Assembly: GCA_038065315.1 (NCBI GenBank)
Contig: JBBTRF010000001.1
Coordinates: 464,458-528,457, forward strand
Reading direction: 5' to 3'
From: Patescibacteria group bacterium
GTDB lineage: Bacteria; Patescibacteriota; Minisyncoccia; Phycocordibacterales; JBBTRF01
DNA: 64,000 nucleotides
Shown: piece after piece, positions 28,628-38,483 of the stretch
Layout of the letters: every line of letters starts with the position of its first letter
Position numbering within the stretch: the first letter of the stretch is position 1
Notes under the pieces: generated by a model
What the model was told of the DNA's origin: nothing
What the model saw: the letters and a program-made list of their open reading frames with translations, nothing else
Database searches by the model: none
Position numbers and translations under genes: made by a program

Positions 28628-29089
28628 ATGAGAACTTACTACGTGGTGGGCGGCTCTGTCTGCCTAATGATCCTTGCGGTGTTTACTGACAACGGGGGGT
28701 TGTTCCCTCGCTGGATCATCGGCTCCCTTTGGATCACACTGGCCTATTGTTTTAGCAAGCTCGCACTTCCCCCAGAAACGACGCCATCTCTGAAACCGAA
28801 AAAAACCCGTGAGGTGTATCACAACAGTCCGAGACCTTCGGCTGCCAGGAGCGCTTCCAATTCGACGGAGTTCTCCCGCAATTTTTGTCGGCAGCTCTAC
28901 CAAGGCGTCCAAGCCTGGAAGAAAGAAAATGCTTTCAAAAGCTGGGGCCACGTTGAGGCGGTAGAGATTTTCGATGAATTCTCAGCGGCGCTGGACAAAC
29001 ACCTCGATGAATTCCCGGATGAAGCCTACGAATCCGAGGTGCAACAATGGATCGCCTACGCCACCGAGATTCGCCGGAATCGGGACTGA
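28628..29089 (+). CDS. Hypothetical protein with N-terminal TM segments
   Basis: AGGAG SD; hydrophobic N-terminus; terminator at ~29130-29160. Confidence 0.6.
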   Translation: MRTYYVVGGSVCLMILAVFTDNGGLFPRWIIGSLWITLAYCFSKLALPPETTPSLKPKKTREVYHNSPRPSAARSASNSTEFSRNFCRQLYQGVQAWKKENAFKSWGHVEAVEIFDEFSAALDKHLDEFPDEAYESEVQQWIAYATEIRRNRD

Positions 29090-29192
29090 TCACGTGGGCT
29101 CCGTGACTCGCTCGCCGAACCCCCACCACGATGGCCCGCCTTGCGCGAGCCATCTTTTTTATTTCTCTCTCCAATAATGATACAATCATCGT

Positions 29193-29798
29193 ATGAAAAA
29201 ATTTGAAGAAACAAAATTCAATATCCCCGCTCTGAGGGGTATTTCGGCAAAGACGATCGAGGAACACTTGAAGCTCTATGCCGGCTATGTGAAGTTCAGC
29301 AATCTCATCCTCGAAAAAATCGACGAGCTCTCGAAGGATGCGGAAAAGAATGCCTATGCTCTGGGCGAGCTCCAGCGGCGTTTTGGCTTTGAGTTCGATG
29401 GCATGCGCAATCACGAATATTATTTCCGGTCTTTTGAAGGCGGGGCAAAGGCAATCGACTCTGCGGCCGGCGCCAGTTCTTTAAAAAAGGCCGTCGAGGA
29501 AGAGTGGGGGTCTTGGGACGGCTGGCTCGCACGATTCAAAGCAATCGCTCTCACTCGAGGCATTGGCTGGGCAATGATGTATTACGACCCTGTCACCAAG
29601 CGTCTTTTGAATGCATGGGTGGATGAGCAGCATCTCGGACACCTCACCGGCCTCTCCCCTGTTCTAGCACTTGATATGTGGGAACACTCTTTCGTCGCCG
29701 ACTATCAGCCGAGCGGCAAAAAGCAGTATGTTGAAGATTTCTTTGCAAACCTGAATTGGGAAGTGATCGAGGAGAATTTCCAGAAAGCGGCGAAGTAA
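29193..29798 (+). CDS. sod: Fe/Mn superoxide dismutase family protein
   Basis: EEHLKLY, NHEYYF, GIGWA, LDMWEHSF. Confidence 0.92.
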   Translation: MKKFEETKFNIPALRGISAKTIEEHLKLYAGYVKFSNLILEKIDELSKDAEKNAYALGELQRRFGFEFDGMRNHEYYFRSFEGGAKAIDSAAGASSLKKAVEEEWGSWDGWLARFKAIALTRGIGWAMMYYDPVTKRLLNAWVDEQHLGHLTGLSPVLALDMWEHSFVADYQPSGKKQYVEDFFANLNWEVIEENFQKAAK

Positions 29799-29807
29799 CG
29801 AAAAGAT

Positions 29808-30542
29808 TTACTTTTCTTCTGCATGGGCAGAAAGAATTTGTAGATGTCTTTTAGTGGCTTCAACTATTTTCTCGTAAATACACTGAACATCGCCGAAGTC
29901 TTTGTAAGACTGTTGCTTGATAGGGTCAGCGAAGGCTACAAAATAATTGTAGTATCTATTACCCTTCCCACTGTTTTTTATTTTCTCAGAAAGTTTGGCC
30001 ATCTTCTGTACATCAAAAGGTTCACCTGGGAATTCTCTGCGGTACCGGTAAGCAAACTGTCTTCCATGGGCCTCGATCTCACCTGGATTCCCCAAGTACT
30101 CAATTGTCTCTGGAATATCGACGGGCTCCAGTCCAGAACCAGGATTATAGATATGTTCCGCCTCATGATAAACAGCCTCAATCACACCAAGAAGCACACC
30201 TTCCGATTCTTCAAGTGTGGTGGCCCGACGAAGATTACCAACAGCAATAGTCATCAGGCGTGCAGCGCTATCATATTCATTGCTCTCACCCTCAAAGCGA
30301 ACGGAAAAAACTTCATCGAGATGCGATACGGTGAAACGAGGTTTCCGTTGCCATGCAGCACCGTCATTTTCTGGCCAAACATTCTGTAGGCATTGGACAA
30401 TATCGATATCATTACCACTCTGCACAGCTTCCCACCTGAGGCGAACAGCCTGAATTAATTTATCTTCTATGAAACGAGAGACTCGGAACTTTATCCTTTC
30501 CTGTCTTTCCTGAGGAGTTTCGTGTTCAGAGATTTCTTCCAT
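29808..30542 (-). CDS. Hypothetical protein with HExxH zinc-metallopeptidase-like motif
   Basis: YHEAEH followed by YLGNPGEIEA; lower GC than flanks. Confidence 0.65.
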   Translation of the reverse strand: MEEISEHETPQERQERIKFRVSRFIEDKLIQAVRLRWEAVQSGNDIDIVQCLQNVWPENDGAAWQRKPRFTVSHLDEVFSVRFEGESNEYDSAARLMTIAVGNLRRATTLEESEGVLLGVIEAVYHEAEHIYNPGSGLEPVDIPETIEYLGNPGEIEAHGRQFAYRYRREFPGEPFDVQKMAKLSEKIKNSGKGNRYYNYFVAFADPIKQQSYKDFGDVQCIYEKIVEATKRHLQILSAHAEEK

Positions 30543-30580
30543 GTATAAGAGTATACCCCTATATTCATAACCATGTAAAA

Positions 30581-31528
30581 CTAGTGCGGAAACGTGGGCT
30601 CCGAAAAGGCGCGGCCGTCCGAGGTGAAGACGATCGTGCCTTTTTCGTAGGTGATGAGCGTGGTTACGTCGAATTTTTTGAGTGTATTCAGCGTTTCTTC
30701 ATGCGGATGACCGTATTTGTTTTTGAAACCGGCAGAAATCACAGCCCACTTTGGCCGCAACATTGAGACCAGAGCCTCACCAGTGGAAGTGCGGGAGCCA
30801 TGATGGCCAACCTTCAGGATGTCGGTGGGTTCGACGCGACCAAGCAGTGACTCGGTCTTCTTCGTCGAATCTCCCGTGAGCAACACGGAGGTGCTCGCGA
30901 ACACCACTCGAGCAATAATGGAACCGTCGTTCGTTTTCCAATCAGATACGTCGCGATCCGGAAACAGAATATCGATTTCTGCTCCGGCGCCAATCGGGAA
31001 ACGCATTCCCTTTCGGGCGATGACCGTCCGCGTGCCATGTTCTTTTTGTGATTTTGCTATTTCTTCTTTCAGCGTGCGGTATGTTGCCGAGACAGACGAG
31101 GTGCCGGGCTCGAGCACTAGACCAACTTTCATGGTTTGTAGCAGCGGAATGAAGCCGCCGATGTGGTCTTTGTCTGGGTTTGTGATCACGATCATATCGA
31201 TAGAGTGTTGCCAAAATGGCAGGACTTCGCCCAGGCGCACGAGGAGTGTGCGATCGGGGCCGCCATCAAACAACACTGTGGTTCCGTTCGGTCCACGCAC
31301 TAAGATAGCGTCGCCTTGGCCGATATCCAGAAAAGCAATCATCAGCGTGTCCTCAACGTCACCACCAAACTCCCCACCGTTTGCAAGATTCGGTGCATTC
31401 AGTGCTGTTGACGGTACGGCTCGAAACACGAACGACAGCGCAAAGAAAGCAACAGCAAAAACAGTGGCGACACCGAGCGCGCCTGTCGCCCACTTTTTCC
31501 AATTGATTATGTTATGCTTCTCTTCCAT
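30581..31528 (-). CDS. ComEC-associated metallo-beta-lactamase-fold nuclease
   Basis: FLDIGQGDA, DGGPD, TNPDKDHIGG, LTGD, KVGHHGS, YGHPH. Confidence 0.9.
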   Translation of the reverse strand: MEEKHNIINWKKWATGALGVATVFAVAFFALSFVFRAVPSTALNAPNLANGGEFGGDVEDTLMIAFLDIGQGDAILVRGPNGTTVLFDGGPDRTLLVRLGEVLPFWQHSIDMIVITNPDKDHIGGFIPLLQTMKVGLVLEPGTSSVSATYRTLKEEIAKSQKEHGTRTVIARKGMRFPIGAGAEIDILFPDRDVSDWKTNDGSIIARVVFASTSVLLTGDSTKKTESLLGRVEPTDILKVGHHGSRTSTGEALVSMLRPKWAVISAGFKNKYGHPHEETLNTLKKFDVTTLITYEKGTIVFTSDGRAFSEPTFPH

Positions 31529-32960
31529 ATTTCCACCACAATAATCCGCCGGTGATACCGTACCATCCTACCATCAGCCAAGCCGGAAAGTATGGAATGG
31601 CCACCGTGGCAAAAGACAGTTCCGCGAAGAATCGAACAATCAGAAAAATATATGCGAGCAGTGCATGGGCGATAGCCGCCGGGATGACAGCGATGCCGAG
31701 CGGCAAGATAGTCGCCACGAATCCAGATAGCATCGCAAATGGAATTGTCGGCAAAATGGCGAGGTTGGTGAAGATCGAGACCAACGAAATATCACCCATG
31801 CTGTACAACAAGTACGGTAGCACGAAGAGCTGCGTTGAGAGTGTCGCGACAAGTATTGTACGTAACGTCTCATGACACCACATAAGTCGGCGTTCGATCA
31901 TTGGAGAGAGATAGATCAGGCCAGCCGTCGCAAGAAACGAGAGTTGGAAAGATGGATCGAAGATGAGCACACCCGGCTGAAACAGTACCATCAGAAAAGC
32001 GGCAAGAAAGAGTGCGCGAGGTACGTCATAGGTTCGATAGAATAACGCGGCGAGGAGCGCGATGACGGCCATGATTGCCGAACGCACGACGGTGGCTGCC
32101 GCGCCGGTCATGATCGAAAACAGAGCAATGAACACGATTCCGGAAACGATACTGATCCGTCGCGGCAAGCCAGACAAGAGATACATTACGGCCACGCCAA
32201 TGATCGTGATATTGAACCCAGACAATACGACAATATGAATCACGCCCGCCTTCCGAAAGGCGTCTTCAAGTGGCTTTCCAAGTGAACTTTTTTCGCCAAG
32301 CAAAAGGCCCGCCAGCAACGCACTTTCCGGCACCGCAAAACGCTCGCCAATCCGCCGCAGAAACAGCTCGCGAAAGGTGAAGAGCTTGTCCTTTAGCCAG
32401 CCACCGCTACCGTGTCCGACGATCGTAGATCGAACGTTCTTTAATTGGTAATAGACATTGTCGAGAGCGAGGTAGCTTGGGTAGTCGAACATCCGACCAT
32501 TGTCGGAAAGGAACGCTTCTGGCTTCACGAGAACTCCAGAAATACGGAGACGGTCACCGTATCGCACCGGCGGATACAACGGAACCGACACACTGATATT
32601 CGACCGTCCCCCATCCGGATGAAACAGGGTACGCCAAACCTGCCCGCGTTCTTGTGGCGGCTGTATTACCGTGCCGACAAACTGCACTGAACGGCCTAGG
32701 TATTGGTCTAATTCTGTTTTTGGTGCGCGGAGATCCGCGACGTCACAGCGGATCACTCCAAGCGACCCCCCGACCAATACCATCGCGACCCAAAGCATGC
32801 GGGCACTGGTTGGGGTCGTTGGATGGTTTCGAATAACCAGAATCACGCAGCCAAAAACAAACAGACCAAGTAGTCCAAGCCACCATGGAGTGAAGACCAA
32901 TGAGCGAACCGCCACCCCTAGGAAAAAACCGAAGAGGCAACTGCGTAGCTTCAACTCCAT
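31512..32960 (-). CDS. comEC: ComEC/Rec2 DNA uptake channel
   Basis: GLLLGEK, HIVVLSGFN, VVRSAIM, SFQLSFLAT. Confidence 0.93.
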   Translation of the reverse strand: MELKLRSCLFGFFLGVAVRSLVFTPWWLGLLGLFVFGCVILVIRNHPTTPTSARMLWVAMVLVGGSLGVIRCDVADLRAPKTELDQYLGRSVQFVGTVIQPPQERGQVWRTLFHPDGGRSNISVSVPLYPPVRYGDRLRISGVLVKPEAFLSDNGRMFDYPSYLALDNVYYQLKNVRSTIVGHGSGGWLKDKLFTFRELFLRRIGERFAVPESALLAGLLLGEKSSLGKPLEDAFRKAGVIHIVVLSGFNITIIGVAVMYLLSGLPRRISIVSGIVFIALFSIMTGAAATVVRSAIMAVIALLAALFYRTYDVPRALFLAAFLMVLFQPGVLIFDPSFQLSFLATAGLIYLSPMIERRLMWCHETLRTILVATLSTQLFVLPYLLYSMGDISLVSIFTNLAILPTIPFAMLSGFVATILPLGIAVIPAAIAHALLAYIFLIVRFFAELSFATVAIPYFPAWLMVGWYGITGGLLWWKYGREA

Positions 32961-33105
32961 CCAAAAAGTATACCGAAACAGTAATAGAGAAACTGCTAAG
33001 AAAGGGTAAAGAAACCACTCTTTTTTGATAAAGAAATTATGAAGAAAAGATAAAATTAGAATAAAGAAATTCTAAAGAAAAAATGAAGACGAAAAAGGCA
33101 CCGTT

Positions 33106-33855
33106 TTACGCAGAAAATTCGCCAGAAATAATCGACTCTTCGGCTGCGGACAATGCCTTCCTGAACCGTGCACCGCGCTGTCCTTTAACGCGCGCTTCGC
33201 ACTCTTTCCATGTCTTATGTACTTGCACCACACCCTTCACCGCACTTACATATGAATATGCCACGGCCTTACTGCGCGACCGATCGGCACCCTTGTCCTT
33301 TTTCTTTTCCAAGCTGTGAGAGATATCAAGGACATCAGAAATAAAATATGCAGAAAATTTGCCGTCAAACAACGGCGGACGCAACACACCTCCAGTCGCC
33401 AAAGCTGTTGCGATCACATCGCAGCGCTCGTTCCCCTTCACACCGATATGTCCACCAACATACTGCCATCGAACCTGCATTCCATCTGCATTCAAATGTG
33501 TAATCACCATGTCTAAACCCTCCCACAATTCGCGATTTTCTACGGGAGTTTTAGTGGAAGTGATCCAGCCCTTCTTCTTCCAGCCAGCAACCCATTTAGT
33601 AATCCCGTTGATCATATAGCTCGAATCAGAGTGAACGAGAATGTCACCGGAAATCTTTTGTGCCGACACATATTCCAACGCTCGCAAGGCCGCAAGCAGC
33701 TCCATTTGATTGTTCGTCGCTGTTCGTTCGGCACCGCCACCCTCTTTTACGCGCCGCTCTCCTGAACCTTGCATTTCATACACAGCCACAAAAGCCCAGC
33801 CTCCTGGACCAGGATTGCCTCGCGATGCTCCGTCGGTAAAAATAGTGGTGCTCAT
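33106..33855 (-). CDS. rnhA: Ribonuclease HI with C-terminal hybrid-binding (viroplasmin-like) domain
   Basis: FTDGASRGNPGPGG, TNNQMEL, SDSSY, GNERCD; C-terminal HKTWKECEARVKG. Confidence 0.93.
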   Translation of the reverse strand: MSTTIFTDGASRGNPGPGGWAFVAVYEMQGSGERRVKEGGGAERTATNNQMELLAALRALEYVSAQKISGDILVHSDSSYMINGITKWVAGWKKKGWITSTKTPVENRELWEGLDMVITHLNADGMQVRWQYVGGHIGVKGNERCDVIATALATGGVLRPPLFDGKFSAYFISDVLDISHSLEKKKDKGADRSRSKAVAYSYVSAVKGVVQVHKTWKECEARVKGQRGARFRKALSAAEESIISGEFSA

Positions 33856-33872
33856 CAAAAGATTATACTGCT

Positions 33873-35693
33873 TCAAAATATATCCACAATCCTCAATCTC
33901 AATTCGGGAAAGTTGCGAAAGGTGGACTTTTCCAGTGTTGCCACCAGATGCACTTTTTCTCCGACGGCCAACTTTCGCCCTGCCCCAAGCTGGGCCTGCC
34001 AATCTTCGGGCGTGCTGAAAAAACCGATAGCGGAAACCTTGCTGCCATTCGTCTTGCCGAAGCCGAGTTCGATGTGATTTCGCTCTTTACCAAACGCTTT
34101 CACCTCACGCAGCAATGCATGCTCAAACAAAAACAAAGGTTTAGGATTTCCCGTGCCAAATGGCGCCAGCTTTTCGAGCATGCCGTACGTCTGCCAGTTG
34201 ACATCATCAAGGGTGATCGAGGCATCGACAAAAAGACCTTCCCCTGCCTCGCCCCCACTATCACCACCCGCAGATTCCGTCGCAGCCGAATCCGAGGCCA
34301 CCTCATACGCGGCCATCAGATCCGCCTCGAGCTTGTGCACTTCTTCATTCGTCACGGCAAAACCGCCGGCCAGCGTGTGGCCACCGTATGCCGACAGAGT
34401 CGCACCGGGCACCTTGCACATCAAAGCCTGCAAGCTCATCCCATTGGAACGGCACGAACCCTTCAGAACATCCTCACCGTCGCGTCCCCAGAGAAAAACA
34501 GGGCAAGAATAGGCCTCCATGAGGGTATTGGCCGCCAAACCAAGCAGTGCGGGCTTCCATTTTGGATTGCCGAGGACGATGAGTTTGGGTTTTTCTGTCT
34601 GGTTCGCCCACCGCGCCTCAAGCGCATGCTTCATTTCCTTCACCATGGCGGCCACAATACCCTTGCGCTCGTCATTTATGCGATTCAAATGGTCACTGAG
34701 CTGGTCGGCCTCAGTCTCATCGGTCGTAGAGAGCAAGCGAAAGGCGTCGTGCGGCACCCCCATGCGCGAAGCGGCGTTGATACGAGGCGAAATCGTGAAG
34801 CCGATGTCATCTTCGGTGAGATTACGCTGGTCCGTCTTGATCTTCCGCAGGAGCTTCATGAGGCCCACTCGAGGCGATTTGCGCAATACCTTGAGGCCAT
34901 AGTAGGCAAATACGCGGTTTTCGCCGGTGAGGGGTACCATGTCGGACAATGTTGCCATCCCCACCATGTCGAGCAGCCATTTTTCCCATCCATCCTTTAT
35001 TTCCGGCTTTTTTGACACCAGTGCCTGCACCAGCTTGAAAATCACCCCTGAACCACAGAGCATCTTCTCCGGATACGCACAATCGGCTTGTTTTGGGTTC
35101 AAAATAGCAAAAGCAGGCGGCAATACCGGCACTTCCTGGCCCTTTTTGTTCTTTTCCGTAATCGGCAGGTGGTGATCCGTGACGATCATATCCATTCCAA
35201 GCTCCTGACCACGCTTCACCTCGGCAATATCGGCAATGCCGCAATCGATCGTGATCACCAATTTTGCTCCATCCTTCGCAAAACCCTCGACCGCCTCCAT
35301 GTTGAGACCAAAACCTTCGTCGTGACGATGTGGAATGTAGTTTGAAAAGTTTGCATAACCGATCTTCTTGAAGAAATCGTGCAATACGACACCGCCAGGG
35401 ATACCATCGGCATCATAATCACTAAAAATGACGATCTTTTCGCCTTTTTCCACCGCCCCGAGCACTCGCTTCACCGCCTTTGCCATGTCTTTCAGCAAAA
35501 ATGGATCGTGAGTATGCGTTTCGTAGCTGGGATTGAGAAAGGCTTCGGCCGATACCACGTCCGTAATGCCTCGATGGAACATCAAATGTTGTAGAAAGTC
35601 GGGATATGCCGCGAGCGCCTTTTTCGCCTCCGCGGGCACGGCCGATCGGAGAGCGTATTTCGCCTTTGTGGCGGAAGCGGTCCTGGCAGTCAT
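33873..35693 (-). CDS. recJ: ssDNA exonuclease RecJ
   Basis: DYDADG, IDCG, TDHH, PRINAASR, GGH, APFGTGNPKP. Confidence 0.96.
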   Translation of the reverse strand: MTARTASATKAKYALRSAVPAEAKKALAAYPDFLQHLMFHRGITDVVSAEAFLNPSYETHTHDPFLLKDMAKAVKRVLGAVEKGEKIVIFSDYDADGIPGGVVLHDFFKKIGYANFSNYIPHRHDEGFGLNMEAVEGFAKDGAKLVITIDCGIADIAEVKRGQELGMDMIVTDHHLPITEKNKKGQEVPVLPPAFAILNPKQADCAYPEKMLCGSGVIFKLVQALVSKKPEIKDGWEKWLLDMVGMATLSDMVPLTGENRVFAYYGLKVLRKSPRVGLMKLLRKIKTDQRNLTEDDIGFTISPRINAASRMGVPHDAFRLLSTTDETEADQLSDHLNRINDERKGIVAAMVKEMKHALEARWANQTEKPKLIVLGNPKWKPALLGLAANTLMEAYSCPVFLWGRDGEDVLKGSCRSNGMSLQALMCKVPGATLSAYGGHTLAGGFAVTNEEVHKLEADLMAAYEVASDSAATESAGGDSGGEAGEGLFVDASITLDDVNWQTYGMLEKLAPFGTGNPKPLFLFEHALLREVKAFGKERNHIELGFGKTNGSKVSAIGFFSTPEDWQAQLGAGRKLAVGEKVHLVATLEKSTFRNFPELRLRIVDIF

Positions 35694-35765
35694 AGCGGAA
35701 AGTATATCACGCACATTTAGCACTCAACGCCGCACACCAAGAATAAAAATGGTATACTTTTTCGC

Positions 35766-36134
35766 ATGAGTGCTTGTATTTTCTGCAAAATCGTCGCCAA
35801 AGAAGTGCCTGCGGAGATAGTGTATGAAGACGCTGATTTTCTCGCCTTTCTGGACATCCGCCCACTCTCGCCTGGCCATGCCCTAGTGATCCCGAAGCAG
35901 CACTATCGCTGGGTCTGGGACGTGCCGAATGCCGGGGCATATTTTGAAGTGGCGAAAAAGGTGGCGAACGCGCAGAAAAAAGCCTTCGAGGTGGAGATGG
36001 TACTCTCAAAGATTGTTGGCGAAGAGGTTCCACATGCCCACATCTGGATATACCCCGATAACGCAGCTAGTGCAAAATTTAAAAAGAGTGACATTGTCGG
36101 AAATGCAGCGAAGTTGCGTTCGCAGATTTTATAA
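35766..36134 (+). CDS. HIT-family nucleotide hydrolase
   Basis: CIFCKIV, PGHALVIPKQH, VPHAHIW. Confidence 0.92.
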   Translation: MSACIFCKIVAKEVPAEIVYEDADFLAFLDIRPLSPGHALVIPKQHYRWVWDVPNAGAYFEVAKKVANAQKKAFEVEMVLSKIVGEEVPHAHIWIYPDNAASAKFKKSDIVGNAAKLRSQIL

Positions 36135-36190
36135 AGAAAACCGCACACGTCGAGCGTGGCGGCTTGTGATCCTGGAGAGGAGGGGCTCGA

Positions 36191-36862
36191 TTACTTGGCT
36201 TGGCGAGCGTTGTGTTTGAACTTCCCCGTCCGTTCAACCCCAATGGTGAGGAGTAGGAAATGTCTGGCGAGATTCGCAAACGCCCATTTCCACGGACCCC
36301 TCTGCATGTCGACAGGGTGGTCTGGCTGGTATTCGAAATGATGCGGGATACAGCAGATGAAGACTGTCGCCTCCGGGAAGTAGTGTTCCCAAATAAGCCG
36401 GGCGCTGCGTGAATGCATCTCGCCGGTCACTACCAGAATCGAGTAGGGTGAACCCTTTCTGATCCCTGCGACACTAGCGCGAGAATCGAGAGCCGCTCTG
36501 ATCTGCTGCGCTTCCTGAACCGTGTTGTCCATGGAACCAGCAGAGAAGTATTTGCAGCCATCAGAGATCTGGGCAACACGCAAAACGAGTTCGACCTCTT
36601 CGGCTCCGGGGAATGGGTAGCGGCAGGGACTGAAAGCCAGCCACGCTTGTGGAAACCGCTTGAGGTATTCAAGACCAACCCTCAGTGTCTCTTGTGTGGC
36701 ATCCGTGAGACGATCACGACGTGTGACATATGAGGTCGAAATAACGAGTCGCAAATCTGGACTTCCCAAGTGGTCACCTGGGAGGCTTTCGACCTTCCAA
36801 AGGTCGACCAGTAGATTGAGGAAACGCTGCAAGAAACCGAGCGACGGAACGTGGGGCTTCAT
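36191..36862 (-). CDS. YdcF/DUF218-like protein
   Basis: NTVQEA...ILVVTGEMHSRSARLI pattern; SD and sigma70 promoter upstream. Confidence 0.65.
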   Translation of the reverse strand: MKPHVPSLGFLQRFLNLLVDLWKVESLPGDHLGSPDLRLVISTSYVTRRDRLTDATQETLRVGLEYLKRFPQAWLAFSPCRYPFPGAEEVELVLRVAQISDGCKYFSAGSMDNTVQEAQQIRAALDSRASVAGIRKGSPYSILVVTGEMHSRSARLIWEHYFPEATVFICCIPHHFEYQPDHPVDMQRGPWKWAFANLARHFLLLTIGVERTGKFKHNARQAK

Positions 36863-36967
36863 AGTTGACTCCTAGGGGTATTCGGGTTGAGACTGAATGG
36901 AAAAGTTCGTATTTAGGCCTTTCGTATTATATAACAAGTGGTGCCTATATGTCAAATATCTGCTGGT

Positions 36968-37305
36968 AAAAAAAGACCCTCCAGATTGCTCTGTGGGCTT
37001 GCAAGACTGACCGATGTTCCTGAAGAGTCCCTTACAGGTGACATGGGCCGTCAGAAGTGAAATTAGCCGACACCACAGGGGCGTCGCTAGAAAAAGGGCT
37101 TTTGTTTCATGGAGCGGGAGGGGCTACTTCGCCGGCGGGCCGATGGTTTGATTGCGGAGGCGGAGCTGCTGAACTTTCATCGTTTTGGTCCTTCCACTTG
37201 TTGTCGAAGAGTTGCCACTGCCTTGAATGTTAGCACTTCACACGCGTACGACGGGATGAATCCCGCTCGCGTGGACCAACACCAGGTGCATACTCTTCCC
37301 GCTTC
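36968..37305 (-). ncRNA. Candidate structured non-coding transcript
   Basis: TATATT just upstream, terminator at ~36968-36998, several strong stems, no ORF over 60 aa on this strand. Confidence 0.35.
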
Positions 37306-37328
37306 TGAATATATACCCGCCCTCGATT

Positions 37329-38483
37329 TTACGCAAGTGCCTCAATCCCCACCAGCGTACCGTTCGCCAAAAAGTCGAGCATCGCACCGCCGCCAGTAGA
37401 GACGAAAATATGTTCGTTATTCAAACATGCATCAAGCAGACCTGCCTTCGAGAGCACGGCGATGGTATCTCCTCCGCCGAGCACCGCCTTGGTCGGGCTA
37501 GCGAGGAGCGCTTTCGCCAAATCGATCGTCGACTGCTCAAAACCTTTTTCATAATCGCCGAGCGGCCCATTCCACAACACAAACTTTGCTGTCTGTAACG
37601 TGCGGCTCAAATAATCGACAGTTTCGGGGCCGCAATCGAGGATCCGATCAGTCGCGGACACTTCGGTCGGGAGTTTTGGGTACGAATCAGGCGTATTCAC
37701 TAATACATCGATCGGTGTAGCGCAGCGCGGATGCGCAGCGAGGGCTGAGAGGTCGATACTGCCCTTCGCCCGAAGCGACTTTCCCACTTCGAGGCCACGC
37801 TGAGCAAACATATCATTGGCTAAGGCCCCACCAACAAATACAAGGTCAGCTTTAGTGAGAAACTTCTGCACGAGCGGAAGCTTCGTCTCGAACTTCGCAC
37901 CGCCAAGGATGAAAATGAAAGGGTGGAGCGGCTGGAAGGCTTGAGAAAGATGCTTCACTTCGCTATCAAACAACGGCCCGGCAAAATGCGGAAGGAGTTT
38001 TGGCAGGCCGACGATGGAAGCATGCGGTCGATGCGACACAGAAAACGCTTCGTTCACGTATACATCACCCAATTGCGCCACTTTTTTTGCAAAATCCGGA
38101 GAATTTTCCTTCTCACCGGCGTCGAGCGAGCGTAGGTTCTCTAAGATTGCCACATCACCGTCCCTCATCTGTGCAACATGTACGGAAAGAGTGTCGAAAG
38201 ATTCGACAAAAGTCACCGGCGTCTTCGCATTCACATATTCCGCCACGGCGCGGAGCGACTGCGTCTCCACACTTTCGATATGCGCGAGCACGATGGTCTT
38301 TGCGCCAGCCTTTTTGAGCCACTCAATAGTCGGCAACAGCTTCTCGATGCGAAAATCATCTCGCACCTCCAACCGCCCCGCCTCCCCCTTCACGATCGGC
38401 ACATTGAGATCGACGCGCAACAGAACTCGCTTCCCCGCAAGCGGACCGGCTTGGTCGAGTGTTTTGTAGCTATTTGAGCTCAT
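37329..38483 (-). CDS. pgk: Phosphoglycerate kinase
   Basis: LRVDLNVP, LENLR, LGGAK, WNGPLG, GGGDT, STGGGA. Confidence 0.97.
   Translation of the reverse strand: MSSNSYKTLDQAGPLAGKRVLLRVDLNVPIVKGEAGRLEVRDDFRIEKLLPTIEWLKKAGAKTIVLAHIESVETQSLRAVAEYVNAKTPVTFVESFDTLSVHVAQMRDGDVAILENLRSLDAGEKENSPDFAKKVAQLGDVYVNEAFSVSHRPHASIVGLPKLLPHFAGPLFDSEVKHLSQAFQPLHPFIFILGGAKFETKLPLVQKFLTKADLVFVGGALANDMFAQRGLEVGKSLRAKGSIDLSALAAHPRCATPIDVLVNTPDSYPKLPTEVSATDRILDCGPETVDYLSRTLQTAKFVLWNGPLGDYEKGFEQSTIDLAKALLASPTKAVLGGGDTIAVLSKAGLLDACLNNEHIFVSTGGGAMLDFLANGTLVGIEALA

Noticed and set aside
37020-37063. CTGAAGA-GTCC...GGGC hammerhead-like start on the + strand
   Set aside because: Stem II is not followed directly by GAAA, and I could not build stems I and III.
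37110-37130. tRNA/tmRNA-like 3' end (CCCGCTCCA on minus)
   Set aside because: No T-arm TTCRA loop and no matching 5' acceptor strand.
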